A stretch of 64,000 nt of DNA from Mobula hypostoma (Eukaryota): assembly GCF_963921235.1 (NCBI RefSeq), contig NC_086109.1, positions 37,264,001 through 37,328,000 on the forward strand, written 5' to 3'. Below the pieces are notes generated by a model that did not search any database, had not been told where the DNA came from, and saw only the letters and a list, made by a program, of their open reading frames with translations. Shown piece by piece: positions 13,355-28,162 of this stretch (its first letter is position 1; each line of letters begins with the position of its first letter). The position numbers and the translations under genes were made by a program.

Positions 13355-15435
13355 TCTGTAATTTAAAGTTTGCTTTATCTACAATTCTGATAAAAGATCA
13401 TTGTCCTGAAAAAAATTAACCCTGTTTCTTTCTCTACCAAGCCTTTTCTGCACCAGGTCCAAATTGTTGTCAGTTGTTTTAGCAGATTCCATAATGCAGG
13501 GGCTGGAGCATTGCAGTATTATTTCTCTCTGCCTCCGGGATTCACAAGGAGCCCAAGATCAGTGTGCATTTTTGAAAAATACTGTACATATATGACATGA
13601 ACTGGCACATTGGTACAGAAATTCTGAAGTTCTTAGGCAGGTAGCTCAAAGCAAAATTTATACAGCTCAGTTTTGTATTGGCAGTAGGATTTGTAAGCTG
13701 AAAACATTTTAAGCTCCCAAGCTAGAGAGCTTGGACTACTCCCATAATCTCCAGTATGACAACATAGAAGAGTACAGCACAGTATCAGACCCTTTGATCC
13801 ACATTGTTGTGCTGAATGAAGTAAAATAATGACACCTAATCCTTTTTTTTCTGTGTAAGGTCTATTTCCCTCTACTCTCTGCATACACATGTGCTTTCTA
13901 AGAGCTTCTTGAATGCCTTTATTCTATCTGCCTCTACCACCACCTGAGGCTCCACTTTCCACAAATACACCAAAGAACAGGGAATACAAATCTTCATCCC
14001 AAAAGAAAGATTGCAGGTCAAGCAGCATCTATGGAAAGCTACAGGTCAAAGGCATATCAAGAATGGGCGTGCTTCCAGCGTTTTCGGTTTTTATTTCAGG
14101 TTTCCAACTTCTGCATTACTCCATTTTACAATTTTCCTTATTATGGATCTTTTCTACAGTTCCTATTTCTCTTTGTGCAGTGTATGCACTGACAACCACA
14201 ATTTCAAATTTATTGTACAACTTTGAGTTGAAGAAGAAAGTTTTGAATAGAAAGCTTTTGTTTAATAATATTCTGAATTAATTATGTAATGATTTTATAA
14301 CAATACAATCTGGAAGGTAGATATAGACTTGCTTACTTTTATTGTTTGCATGATTTGTTTTATTTCTGTAGATTAGGAGTTTGACAATTTTCTTTTAATA
14401 GGTTCAATTAGGTCTCTTTGTTTTGTGACTTCCTGTAAGGGGATGAATCTCAAATTTGTAAATAGTATACATGCATTGATAAGAAATTTATTTTGAACTT
14501 TGACTATACAGTATATGTGGGCATTGGTACTGTAATTACAATATGGGTTGAAAGGAGTTGAGCTTTGCAACAAGACTGCAGCTGGAATTGAAAGGCCACT
14601 CCAAAGAGGAATTAGAACCATTCACGATACTGAACAAAGCAGATAAAACAGGTCAGAGAAATTTGAGAGTGCATTCCCAGTCTGCCTGTTAAAATATCAT
14701 TAATAACTTTGAAAGTATGTTTTATCACCAAAAGCTACAAAGAATGCAATTATAAATGCTATAAAAAGCTATCTGAAAAATCCTAAACTGCTGGTTAAAC
14801 GGGGGTAAAGTGGTTCAGCTGTTCAGCATTTTAAGCATGCTTTTTGATCTCTGATCTTAATTAATTAAATTCAGGTATGTCATAATGCTCCCTCCTTCTA
14901 TCATGGTGATTTTTAAATTAACACAATAGATTATAGGAATTCTAATTGCGTTGAATGCAAATTGGTATAAAAATCCTGTATCAAAGAATCCAACACTTTC
15001 TGGAGTTCTCTGCCATTGTGCCGTACATCAATATTTCAGTCTTACATCTGCTTGGTCAGTCAGCATTCTAAAATCCATGTTGTCTGCCTTACTTCACCTA
15101 CATAAGTCACCTGATTTAATTCCTTAAGTTTAATGCCTCCAGCTAACTGCACTTAAAATAGAAAGCACTTTCCACAGGTTACAAGTCCCCGAAGACAAAG
15201 ACCTATGCCTAAATTTCAGAAAGCGTTTTAAAAATTTAATCAGGAGCACATTCGTAATTGTGACAGTAACAAATTTCTCATGAATTGTATGTTTTACAAA
15301 CCATTGTCAAAATATGTATTCTTCTTTTATTTTTTTCTAATCTTAGGTTAGTAGTGAATCATATAACACCAATATCAAACAATGTATCTCCCATCATTCA
15401 TTCCTAAAAACACACATGAATTTATTCTTATATAC

Positions 15436-16110
15436 ACTCTAATAGGCACACCTGCATATCTAGTCATTAATGCAATTATCTAGTCAGCCGAACGTGTGGC
15501 AGCAACACAAGGCATAAAAGCATACAGACATGGTCTAGAGGTTCAGTTGTTGTTCAGACCAATCATTCAGAATGGGTCGTATTTTTTGCTGACTGCTGAG
15601 ATAATGCTCAATAATGCTTCATTGTATGTTTGCTAATTGCTAAAAACGGATTGAAATAAGGATTCAACTCTTTGGAGCGGTGGGTAAGCCATGCAATAAT
15701 AACAAGGCAGGCAGCAATTGTTTAGCTTGATTTTGAATCTATTTTTTTTTGCTGCTACACTAAGCGACTTTGACCGTGGAATGATTGTTGGTGCCAGATG
15801 GGGGAGGGGGTGGTGTTGCATATGTCAGAAACTGCTGATCTATGTTCTAGTATTTTCACGCACAACAGTCTCTAGCGTTTACAGAGAATGGTGCAAAAAC
15901 AAACAAAAACAAAAATCCAGTGAGCGGCAGTTCTGTGGGCAAAAAAATGCCCTGCTAATGAGAGAGGTCAGAGAAGAATGACCAGACTCGTTCAAGCTGA
16001 CAGAAAGGTGACAGTAATGCAAATAACCACACATTATAACAGTGACGTGCACAAGAGTATTTCTGAATGCACAACCTTGAAAATAGATGGGTTACAACAG
16101 CGGAAAACCA
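15436..16110 (+). mobile_element. Tc1-derived element fragment
   Basis: LSDFDRGMIVGAR and MTRLVQADRKVTVMQITTHYN match the Tc1 transposase HTH region. Confidence 0.8.
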
Positions 16111-17654
16111 CAAACATTTACATTTATACAAATGTGTATGTACATATATATTTTGTTTCATTTTTTATTTCATTTCCTTTTCTAGAATTTTTGACAATTC
16201 TATCTAGACCAGCATTTATTTTCCTTACTTAATCGTTCTTGAATGTTGAGTTCCAGAATTTGGGCTCAGTGATGATGAATGAAGAGTATTATAATTCCCT
16301 GAGCCTGGATGATGTATGACATGGAGGGAACCTGTAGGAGATGCTGGTCAAAGCACCTGCTGTCCTCATCCTTCTTCATGACAGAGGTCTGGAGCTAGAG
16401 ATTTAGGATTAAAATGGCAATTAATGGCAGGGGATTTCTTTAGACAGCATATATTAATAACATTTCATCATTTTGTTTTGACAAATTATCATCTTTCTCA
16501 GATTTTCTTGCTTTTTTCACATTTAGTCATGGCTGTGTCATGATGCAACCTCCAGCCACCAAGTCTGACCATAATACACATCTGTATTGGTGTCTTTCTG
16601 TGGCAGCTACTGTTGTCATAGAACAAGACCGTCCAAAAAAATCCTAATGAACAGAAGCCACGCCCAACTCCAGTTAATTCAAATACCACAGTTAATAAGA
16701 TGCTGAAGCTATGGTTTATTATTGGTGAAAAGGGATAATGATGGCTGTTATTGTAATCAGAGTGTGCAGTTGATGCAAAGACAAGGTCCACGATTCCCTG
16801 TTCTTAAGTGTACTTCTGAGAACATGACCAAGAACTCCAGTATGCTCAAGGTATTCTCCCAGATGTGCATTGTAGCTGGGAGGTTTGTAAGAATGATAGC
16901 AACTGAGGGTTGAGGGTGGGAGTTGTGGAGGAGGCTCAGACCAATGGTATCTGAATGAGAAATCTTGGGTACAAGGAACAGACATGAGAAAGTGAAGAGG
17001 TAAATATAGGGTAGTGATAAGGAAATTGGGCTGTCTATCGTAGTCATTTAGAGAATACCGGGTCAGAGGCTTGGGCTAGATATAAATTTTGGTGTACAGA
17101 AAGAAAGTAGATGATGGTACGGGCTATGGCCTTGAAGGGGTTAGGAGGAACATCAGTTACTGGGAAGAGAAGATCTAGTCAGGTACACAGACAAAGCTTT
17201 GGGAAAAGGAATGAAGGTTTGAAGGAGGCTCAAGGGCTGTGGGAGATGGGACAGTTGGAGGGTGATGCCTGGTCATCAGTGGCTCAAGAGTTCAAGGAAT
17301 GGGTTTGGGGAGGTTGATCTCAAAGGCTGGGATGGATCTGAGGTTTAAAACTTATGCGACATACAGTAGCTTGAAAGGATTAAATGCTGCATTAGAAAAT
17401 GAAATCAGTGTCCTCGGAGTGTGATCAAATGACAAGCATCAGGTAATGGACTATGGGGTGTCAAAATCTGTTGAAACACATAGAGTAAATGGCAGGGGCA
17501 CAAGCAGCATTAAAGTGCAGAAACTTTATGGTGTTGTCACACTCAACTATCAGGTGTGGGTAAGTGCACCCAACGAGGGTCACCAGTTGAAAAAAAAACA
17601 GATGGAAAGCCACAACAGCATGTTGGTGCAAAGGCTTTTACTTAGTGTCGGGTG

Positions 17655-18300
17655 GAAAAAGTGCAAAAACTTGATGGGTCCCTGAGGGTTTGCATTGATT
17701 TCTGAAAAATCAAAGCGTTCTCTAAGTTCGATGCCTACCCCATGCCGTGGATTGATGAGCTCCTGGAAAGTTTGGGCCATGCCAAGTTTATAACAACACT
17801 TCACCTCTGCAACTGCTATTGGCAGATCCTGCCGGCAAAGGACTCTCTTGAGTACACAGCATTCAGCACTCCCCTTGGCCTCTTTCATTTCACTGTCAGC
17901 CGCTTGGGCTGCATGGAGCTCCAGGGACCTTCCAACGGCTGATTGACCGTGTGCTGAGGGGATGCGAGAAGCATTGTGCAGCCTACTTGGGTGAAGTGGT
18001 CATCTTCAGCACCAGCTGAGAGGACCACCTGGAGCACCTTGAGGATGTCCTGAAGAAGATTGCACCTGCTGGCTCGACACTGAACATCCAGAAGTGTGAG
18101 TGGGCCTGCGCTGAGACACGGTCCCTGGGCTACCAGCTAGGATAAGGACTAGTTCAGCCTGTGGTTGACAAGGTCCAGGCCATCAGAAATAGTCCCCTAC
18201 CCCACACAAAGAAACAGGCCTGGTCCTTCCTGGAGTTAATCGGGTTGTATTGCTGTTTTATCCCTCAGTTTACCACCTTGGCAGCCCCACGAACAGAACT
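17655..18300 (+). mobile_element. Ty3/Gypsy reverse transcriptase fragment, degenerate
   Basis: DGSLRVCIDF, FDAYPMPWIDELLESLGHAKFITTL, TAFSTPLGLFHF, AAYLGEVVIFS (YxDD decayed), KVQAI. Confidence 0.88.
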
Positions 18301-19224
18301 GGGAAGAAGTAGAGGGATAAGGCCCTAATGGAGAAAAAATAGAGTTAGGCTAAATAGGCATCATGGACATGTTTCCATGCTGAACACTTCCCGAAAGTCA
18401 TTTAGTACCCAATGCGTTTCACTCCCAGGATATCTTGTACTTTTTTCTCCTAAAAAGCTTCAAAAGGGGCAAAGTATGGGAATCCATAGCTCTCTCCATT
18501 TTCTATTACACAATACCGAAAAGAAGCAGTTTTGTCCGATTGAATTTCTGACCATGGGAATTGATGTGAAACTTGAACAGCCACCAAGACTGTTCTGCCC
18601 TTTCAGTACTCTGGTAGTTTATACATATAAATTTGAACCCCACGAAAGAGATGGCATTGAAGAACATTATTCAGTGTTGCCATTGAAGAGATGGGAGAGA
18701 TATTTGCAGCGTGGGTTGATATGATCCAAGATCCTGACACATTAGAAGACTCTCAGGAATTCTAGTTTTTTGGATTCGTGGATCTAGCTCGTGGCTGCTT
18801 TCAACATTCTGTCAAGGCATCAAAGCAACCATGAAAGAAAGATTCAGAGGATTTATCTAAGGCATAAACATTCAACTCAGAATAATTGGTGGACATTGTA
18901 AAGGCATATGTTAGCTTTCTTGTAATAGTATTCTGCAACTATTTGACAGCATCACCTGCAAAATGTCGTAACTATGTACATGTGCTAAAAACTCCACCTG
19001 AAATGAGCATTTAGTGTCTTTTCCAGGTGAGACCATTGTGCAGAAGTGAGAATATAAGTCTGCTCCGCCATTTCATCAGGGCGAATTTTTAAAGATTAGA
19101 CAAATTTTCCCCAAAGTCTTATCAGACGCTGTTTATCATTAATCACATTTTTGTTTGTTGAACCTCTCTGTAAACAAGTTAACTGCTATTTTTCCTGCAT
19201 TATGTTGATTAATGATTACAACTC

Positions 19225-19920
19225 AAATGGCAACAAGGGAGCAAACAAGAGTAAGACAGATTGGCGGTTGAGTGGTGTTGCAACATCAGTATGACCAAAG
19301 AACTGATTGTGGACTTCAGGGAGGGGAAATTGAGAGAACACACACCAATCCTCATTGAGGGGTCAACAGTGGAAAGGATAAGCAGCTTCAGGTTCCTGGA
19401 TATCAGCATTTCAGAGGATCTATTGTAGGCCCAGCATATTGATGCAATTACAAAATGGCACACCAGCTCTGTCATTAGGAGTTTGAGAAGATTTGGTATG
19501 TCACCAAAGACTGTAGCAAATTGCTACAGATGTACAATGGAGACCATTCTAACTGGTTTCCTCCCCTCCTGCTATGGAGGCTCCAATACACAAGATCAGA
19601 AAAAGCTGCAGAGGGTTGTATAATCAGCCATCTCCATCATGGGCATTAGCTTCAACCATTGAGGACACCTTCCAAAGGCAGTGCCTCAAAAAGGCATCAT
19701 CCATCAATAGGGACCATCACCATCTAAGAAATGCCCTCTACTCATTGCTACCATTAGGGAAGAGGTACAGGATCCTGAGGATGCATATTCAACGTTTCAG
19801 GAACAGCTTCTTCTCCTCCTTCATCAGGATTTCTGAATGCCTTATGAACACATGAACACTACCTCACCATTTTGCACTATATTTTATATATTCCTTATTT
19901 TAACATATGGTAATTATTTT
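19225..19920 (+). mobile_element. Rex1/Babar LINE 3' fragment
   Basis: TKELIVDFR, FRFLDISISEDL, LLPLGKRYR..RFRNSFF. Confidence 0.85.
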
Positions 19921-20372
19921 GAAAACACAAGAGTGTCACATTCAAAATGCTGGCTGAACTGAGCAGATCAAGCAGTATCTATAGAGAGAAATAAAGAGCC
20001 AATGTTTCAGGCCAATACCCTTCATCAGGAATGGAAAGGAAGGGGAAAGAAGCCAGAATAAGAAGGTAGGTGGACATGGAAGAGAACAAGCTAGAAGGTG
20101 GCAGGTGAAGACAGGTAAGGGAGAAGGTAATAGGTGAGGGGTGAAGAAGTGAGAAGCTGGAAGGTGATAGATGGGATAGGTAAAGGCCTGAAGAAGAAAA
20201 GGAATTTGATAAGAGAGGAGAATGGAGCAAGGGAGAAATTAATTGTGTATTCCACTGCACTGCTGCTGCAAAACAACAAATTTCATGGCATATGTCATCG
20301 ATAATAAACCTGATTCTGAATCTGAAAATACGCCATGGCTGTAAAGCACCTGGAAATGCCACGTGATCTCTG

Positions 20373-22910
20373 AATAAGACCATAAGACCATAAGATATTG
20401 AAGCAGAAGTAGGCCATTCAACCCACTGAGTCTGCTCCGCCATTCAATCATGGGCTGATCCAATTCTTCCAGTAATCCCCGCTCCCCTGCCTTCTCCCCA
20501 TACACTTTGATGCCCTGGCTAATCAAGAACGTATCTATCTCTGCCTTAAATGCACCCAATAGCAGCCTTCACAGCCTCTCGTGGCAACGAATTCCACAGA
20601 TTTACCACCCTCTGACTAAAGTAATTTCTCCACATCTCTGTTCTGAATAAACGTCCTTCAATCCTGAAGTCGTGCCCTCTTGTCCTAGACTCCCCTACCA
20701 TGGGAAATAGCTTTGCCATATCTAATCTGTTCAAGCCTTTTAACATTCCGAATGTTTCTATGAGATCCCCCTTCATTCTCCTGAATCCCAGGGAATGCAG
20801 CCCAAGAGCTGCCAGACTTGTCTCATAAGGTAACCTTTTCATTCCTGGAATCACTCTTGTGAATCTTCTCTGAACCCTCTCCAATGTCAGTATATCCTTT
20901 CTAAAATAAAAAGCCCAGAACTGCACACAATACTCCAAGTGTGGTCTCACGAGTGCCTTATAGAGCTTCAACATCACATCCCTGCTCTTATATTCTATAC
21001 CTCTAGAAATGAATGCCAACATTGTATTCGCCTTCTGCACCACCAACTCAATCTGGAGGTTAACCTTTAAGGTACACAAGGACTCCCAAGTCCCTTTGCA
21101 TCTTTGCATCTTGAATTCTCTCCCCATCTAAATAATAGTCTGCATTTTAATTTTTTCCACCAAAGTGCATGACCATACACTTTCCAACTTGTATTTCATT
21201 TACCACTTCTTTGCCCATTCCCTGAAACTATCTAAATCTCTCTGCAGGCTCTCTGTTTCCTCAACACTACCTGCTCCTCCACTTATGTTTGTATCATCGG
21301 CAAATTTAGCCACAAATCCGTAATCCCATAGCCCAAATCATTGACATACATCATAAAAAGCAGCAGTCCCAACAGCAACACCACGGAACTCCACTGGTAA
21401 TAGGCAGCCAGCTAGAATAGGATCCCTTTATACCTACTCCCTGTTTTCTGCTGACAGCCAATGTTCCACCCATCCTAGTAACTTCCCTGTAATTCCATGG
21501 GCTCTCATCTTGCTAAGCATTCTCATGTGCAGCACCTTGTCAAAAGCCTTCTGAAAATGCAAGTATACCACATCTACTGCATCTCCTATGTCTACCTCGC
21601 TTGTAATTTCTTCAAAAATTTGCAGTAGGTTAGTCAGACAGGACTTTTCTTTCAGCAAACCATGCTGGCTTTGGCCTATCTTGTCATGTGCCTTCAGGTA
21701 CTCCATAATCTCATCCCTAACAATTGATTCCAACGGCTTCCCAAACACTAATGTCAGGCCAGCAGGTCGATAATTTCTTTTCAGCTGCATCCCACCATGC
21801 TTAAATAGCAGAGTAACATTTGCAATTTTCCAGTCATTGCTTCTTGAAGGATCATTGTTAATGCCTCCACAATCTCTCCAGCTATTTCCTTCAGAATCCA
21901 AGGATGCATTCCATCAGGTCCAGGAGATTTATCCGCCCTCAGAGCATTAAGCTTCCTGAGCACCTTCTCAGCCATCATTTTCACTGCACATACTCAATTT
22001 CCCTGACGCTGTTGAATGTCTGGTATACTGGAGACGTCTTCCACTGTGAAGACTGATGCAAAATACGCATTCAGTTCCAGTGCCATCTCTGCGTCTCTCA
22101 TTACAATATCTCCAGCATCATTTTCTATTGGTCCTATATCTACCCTCAACTCTCTTTTACCCTTTATATAGTTAAAAAAGCTTTCAGTATCTTCTTCGAT
22201 ATTAGTTGCCAACTTCCTTTCATAATTCATCTTTTCCTTCCTAACGACCTACTTAGTTTTCTTCTGCAAGTTTTTAAAATTTTCCCAATCCTCTATCTTC
22301 CATTAGCTTTGGCTTCCTTGTATGCCCTCTCTTTTGCTTTTACGTTGGCTCTGACTTCACTTGTCAGCCACGGTAGTGTCCTTCTTCCGTTCGAAAATTT
22401 CTTCTTATTTGGAATATATCTATCTTGCACTTCCCTCATTTTTCACAGAAACTCCAGCCATTGCTGCTCTGCTGTCCTTCCTGCTAGTATCCCTTTCCAG
22501 TCAACCTTGGCCAGTTCCCCTCTCATGCCATTGTAATTTCCTTTATTCCACTGAAATACCAACACATTGGAATTTAGCTTCTCCTTCTCAAATTTCGAAG
22601 TGAACTTGATCATATTGTGATCACTGTTCCTTGAGGATTCCTTAACCTTAAGCTCTCTTATCAGCTCTGGATCATTGCACAACACCCAATCCAGCACAGC
22701 CAAATGTCTAGTGGGCTGAACAATGAGCTGTTCTAAAGAGCCATCCCCGAGACATTCTACAAATTTTCTCTCTTGAGGTCCAGTACTGGCCTAGTCTTCC
22801 CAAACCACTTGCATTTTAAAATCCCCAACGATTATCATGACATTGCCCTTCTGACATGCCTTTTTTATCTCCTGCTGTAATTTGTAATCCACATCCCTTG
22901 AATGTATAAT
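20373..22910 (-). mobile_element. CR1 LINE ORF2 (endonuclease-RT), frameshifted, with (CTTATGGT)n-type 3' tail
   Basis: [60 protein letters not shown] repeats at 20374-20392. Confidence 0.95.
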
Positions 22911-24389
22911 ACCCTTGGAAGTCCTCTCCTTTATGAGCATAATGGCTCCTATCTTCAATTTCAGATGCAGCACTGAGTGAAATATTGTGGAATAAAAGAT
23001 TCTATGGCAAGATACAAAGAAAAGGATACTTCCCCCAGTGTCCTTGCTTACAATTGTCTCTCATGCACTACCAGGAACATATTAACTGTTCAGTCCTCTG
23101 CTTGTTATTTGAAGAAATTGGCTGTATACAAATTAACTGCTGCAACTCATAAGCCATGAAGCATTTCATCACCTCCTGATCACACGAAAGATGTTATATG
23201 AATGCAAATACTTTCTCTTTGTTTTTTTTGATATATTCTCACCGTGCTGGAAGTTCATTTGTCTGACCTAGCTATTAAAGGTTCCAGAACAATTATTGGC
23301 TTTCAACAATGCATCTTATTTAACTACTCCTGAAAACAGTCACCAGGGGTCTCTGGATTTAACTAATTAGCATTAAATTCAAAAGGAAACTGTGACTAGT
23401 ATAGATAATTGAATAAATTTGATAACATTGTTCATGTTAAGATTACGTGATTTGTTTCCTTAATGGAGCTGGTAACCTTGAAGATAAAAAGCCTTCAGTT
23501 CTATACTTTACTCTAGACATGGAATACTGAATTTTAAAAAGCAGCAAAGTTCTGGTAATCTGCAATCTAACTATTCAGGAATCCTAACAGTTCACCATCT
23601 GGCTCTGCAGGTTTGTTTGTGTGCACCCTTTCCAGTCAATGGGGCTCAGATTTCCATGCTTCCTTTAAACTTATAGGGCTCTCTGGAAAAAGTATTGTAA
23701 TATTGTGAAACACCTAAAAAGAAGTGAGTTAAAAATGTTTTGGATATTAATAGAAATAACATCTAATTGTGTGGAAAATCTCCACAAAAGGGCACAATCA
23801 GCCTCAAGCTCATTGGATTATTGGAGCTTAACTGTAACTCATTTTGATTTTGTTGTTATTGTAATCACTTATGAGTTATTTCAATATTTCAACCATTGAT
23901 ACTATGCATAATAATAATATAATTGTGCATCAAGCAGAACTACTTCTTAAGCACGCTGCTCTTTTATATTGCTAAAAACAAAGTGCCAGATAACAAAAAT
24001 CAACATGCTGTTTGCTGAGATATTGTTTGAAGGCCCTTGACATATTGCGGTTGACAGCAGTGTTTTCTCTGCTCTTGGTAGAGCACCCTTAAATTTGATT
24101 GTCCTTGAAAAGCAACAAGGGTAGTGTTGACAGATTCATGTAGCAGCCCCTGTACTACCATGTAGTAGTGAGTAATCCTTCACACTCAGCTGGCTGACCA
24201 CTGCAATACATTCTACACTGGGCCAGAACCAGCTTCCTCCTCATAACCGCAGACAGCATTCATCTTCACTGTTTTTAATCATTAAACAGACATTGTCTGC
24301 TCTGTTAGAAATAAAAGCAGGCGTAGGCCATCTGGCCCTTGCGGTCTATTCAACCATTCATCAAGACCACGGCTGACCTTCTCAGCTCT

Positions 24390-24890
24390 ATTTTCAAGGA
24401 TTCAAGGATTATCTTTATTCACATATATTAGGAGTTTGCTGTGGTGTGTTGGGGCAACATGAAACAAGAAACAATAACATTCAGCAATTATAACGAATAA
24501 AGAATTATACAAAAATAAGGTTAAAGATTAAAGTACAGATAGGGAATAAATGTGCATATACACATAATTGTCAGCATTTATTTACAATTTAAACAACATT
24601 ATGAAAGGTGCAGTGAATGGGTAATAGGCAGAGTGGGCTGGGGGATAACTAGAATGGCTGATCAGGTAAACTGCCAGGGGAAGAAACTTTTAAGATGACA
24701 TGAAGTTTTTGTTTTAATAGCACTATAGCGTTTTCCAGAAGGAGGCTTTTGAGAGAGGCAGTTTGCTGGGTGGGTAGTGTCTGCAATGATTTTCCTGGAC
24801 ACATACAAGTCCTGCAGTGATGCTAGACTGCAGCCAAGTACCTTTTTTTGCTGACCTGACAGTTCGCTGTAGTTTTTATATACCGTGTAT
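24390..24890 (-). mobile_element. Rex1-type LINE 3' end
   Basis: TTCAAGGA-repeat tail next to CTTTATT; LLPSGKRY-like coding remnant on the minus strand. Confidence 0.6.
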
Positions 24891-26067
24891 TTCCAGTACT
24901 CCCTCCATTTTTCTTCATTCTCTTAATATCCAGAATTCAATTTGACAGTACTGAGCAGTCATGCCAATAGCAAATGTATATCTGTGAATATGTATTGATG
25001 ACAAGTGTTGTATCTCCAATTTCCATATTCTCAGAAAATTACCCTGATCACATTTATTATTTTGTTGGAAGTAGCAAAACCCAAGGTATTCTCGTCTTGT
25101 TCATGAGAAACTCTACAACATACATTCACATAAAACCTTTCAGTGCAAAGGGAAAAAATATCTCCCCAAGAAAGTTAAGAGGCAGATGTATGGAAAACCG
25201 ACAACGAGCCAGGAAAATGAAAGATTGGAAAAAGTCAAAAAAAGGTACAGGAAACAGTGTTCCTGCGTTCTCTTTGGATGAGCATGGCATTCCACTTTCC
25301 ACTGTTTCTTTCTGCACCAGGAAGATTTATTATTATAATGAGAGCAATTGATAGCACTAAATCATGTTTCTGCTAAAAAGGACGAAGAAGCTGGAAATTC
25401 ATTTCACATAAAACCCTTTGCAAACACATGGACGTTAATTATTTCATGTGCAATTACCTTAACTGATAGAACCTGATGTCTTGATCCCATTTCTCAGAGA
25501 AGATAGGGCAACAAACATCATCAACCTTTTGTTTTTATTTCTGACAAGAACTTAAGCACTTAAGAAATGTAAGCTCAAGGAATCTCCCTATAATTAATAA
25601 GTTTGGGATAGCAATTAATCGTCACTGTTTGCGGTAATGCCACAAAGCATATTCAAGTGCAATTTCACAATTAAGTCATGGTGAAAAGGCCAGGATATTT
25701 CATAAAAATCTACTAATTGTGTTATGCCAGAGAGACATCAATCATGTGAGACACACAGATTTCATTAAAATGTATGAGAATCACAAAGGGTAACATGAAC
25801 GGAGCAAACACACGTTAAATGAAAGTTACAGAGGTCAACAAGAACATGTCAACAGCAGCTGAGAGATATTATCGGTGCCTTACAATGGAGACCCACTGTT
25901 CGGATAAACTGGTCATAACATGACAAAGAAATATCCGTTACGAGGTCAGTCAGAATGATAGCCCCAAAATCAATGCACATTCGTTTTTTTTTTGCATTTA
26001 TACCTTTGTATTTTAAGGCTCTGAATTTCAAAGGGAATTCTAAGAAAATGATTCTAAAGTCAATTAC

Positions 26068-26123
26068 CTTAACTGATAGAGCCTGATAAACAGACTCCTT
26101 GAGGCTACTCTTAAGCAGAAGGT
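26068..26123 (-). other. Candidate 56-nt exon (DLLLKSSLKESVYQALSVK)
   Basis: Pyrimidine tract plus CACAG acceptor, AAG|GTAATT donor, open reading frame. Confidence 0.45.
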
Positions 26124-27040
26124 CTGTGAGAGAATATTGAATATAAAACAATTATTGATATACACAGCTTGACAATATATTGTCAACGTGATATTGTGTG
26201 AAACACAACAATTACTTTGTGATTGAATGAACATACTGAAGGGCCAATGGTCAATAATAATATAGTCATAGAATTTTTTTATGAATTGATCCATGCTGAT
26301 TCAAATCGTGCAGATCAAAAATGAGTTATTGAACATACTATAGTGGTTTAACGCTATATAAAGTCCTGTTGCAAAACTGGGAAGTGCATCGGATGCTGGA
26401 TGTCCAAACTGGTAAATGGTTCAGAAAGTACAATACTCATCTTGCTACTCTACATCAAAAGCACCAGGGCCATTAGTGAGATAAAGCACATGAACAGTAA
26501 TGGAGCATAGCAATACATAATAGATTGTAATGTTGCATAATTAGCACTATGAGCTTAGGATAATGTGAATTAAGTTCTAGACAGCTGTTTGCCAGATGGC
26601 CAAAACCTTTGATACCATGGAAAGGAGAGAGTATATTTTACACAAGAGTTCTAGTGAGATGTAGTTTTGATGAAATAAGAGGCTGGAAACTAAATCAAGG
26701 CCAAGCTCATGATAGCAGAGGCTGGATGGGGATATCCAATGAAACTGAAGACAGACTGAAAGATGTTATACAATTAGTTCCGTTGTGAATGGTCAAGCAC
26801 AGCTTGGACAATATAGGACAGGAAGAAGAATCGAGTACCTCATGGAGCTATCGATTATGACACTTCATGATCCCTGTGCAGAGGGGAGGAAATCTGGTAG
26901 ATAAACAATCTCATATGTTTTATTAAATGGAGCTAACAGGGACAACAAATTCATGTTAAAAACAGGAAATGCATACATGCATAGACATTTTATAATATTA
27001 AGGGAAGAAAAGTAAAATGGGGATTAAACCTACTTCTTAC

Positions 27041-27067
27041 CGGTGAATGTTTCAACCCTAAGTGCTA
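27041..27067 (-). other. Candidate 27-nt symmetric micro-exon (xALRVETFT)
   Basis: ttctctatgttgCAG acceptor, CCG|GTAAGA donor, phase 1-1. Confidence 0.45.
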
Positions 27068-28162
27068 CTGCAACATAGAGAACATAAAACCACCATACAG
27101 GAAAATCACATCATAAATATAAATTGCATTTATATTGTAGTGTTGTTCTAAGGAAACTCCAAACACAATCTTTCTTGCTCATAGGTCAATATGGGTGAAT
27201 GGTTTTAAAATGAATGCTTAAATTCTTCTTCACCGGATTCCAGATAGCTGAAAAAGACTAAAACATAAAAGGTAAATACAGCAAATGCAATGCAGTATTA
27301 ATGGCACTTTTTATTTTAGTATTATAAAGTACTGAAAAATATACTTTTACTTCCGTCTTCAGTATTCTTGTGTTATTTAGGAAATAAAAACGTCCAAAAC
27401 AGTGTTTCAATGTGGCAGTTTTTAGTCAAAATATGGGAACATTTGTTTATTTAACCATAGTTTTTGTATTGATTGCTTTGGATCATCTTATCTGCACACT
27501 TCTTAAATTATCCTTCATGGAGCGAGTAAACCCTAATGCAGTAATTTGTAGCTATTTTCAAATTCTGTCATCCACAATTTCTGTACCTCTGTCCTAAAAG
27601 GGAACAGAAACATTTTTTCGTACACTGGCATTAAATGATCAATAAATTTAATCACATACAAGAGAAAACCGGCAGATGCTGGAAATCCAAGCAACACACA
27701 CAGAATGCTGGAGGATCTCAGCAGACTAGGCAGCATCTATGGAAAAAACAGTTGACATTTCACGCCGAGACCCTTCACTGGAGAAAAAAAGATAAATTAA
27801 TCAACTTAGCATAATTTAATTTGCTGTTTTTCATACCTTCTATATAAAGCAACAAGCTCACTGCCAGATCATAGGTCAGGCTCTAGGGCTGAGTTCTTCA
27901 GAACTCTAAATTTATAGAAATATTTCATGTTATTTTCCATGACTGAATTTTGAGTTTTATTTATTTATCTATCTATCTATCCATCTATCTATTTATCTAT
28001 CTGTCTATCCATATATATCGATTGATTGATTGTTCTATTTTCCTGTCTAACAACTTGTGGGTAATACAACTTCTGAAATAGAGGAACAACCTTTCTGTAG
28101 AAAGAGAACAATGAAAAGGAACATGAAGTTATTTCTGTATTGAAACAATGGTGCAGTGTCAC

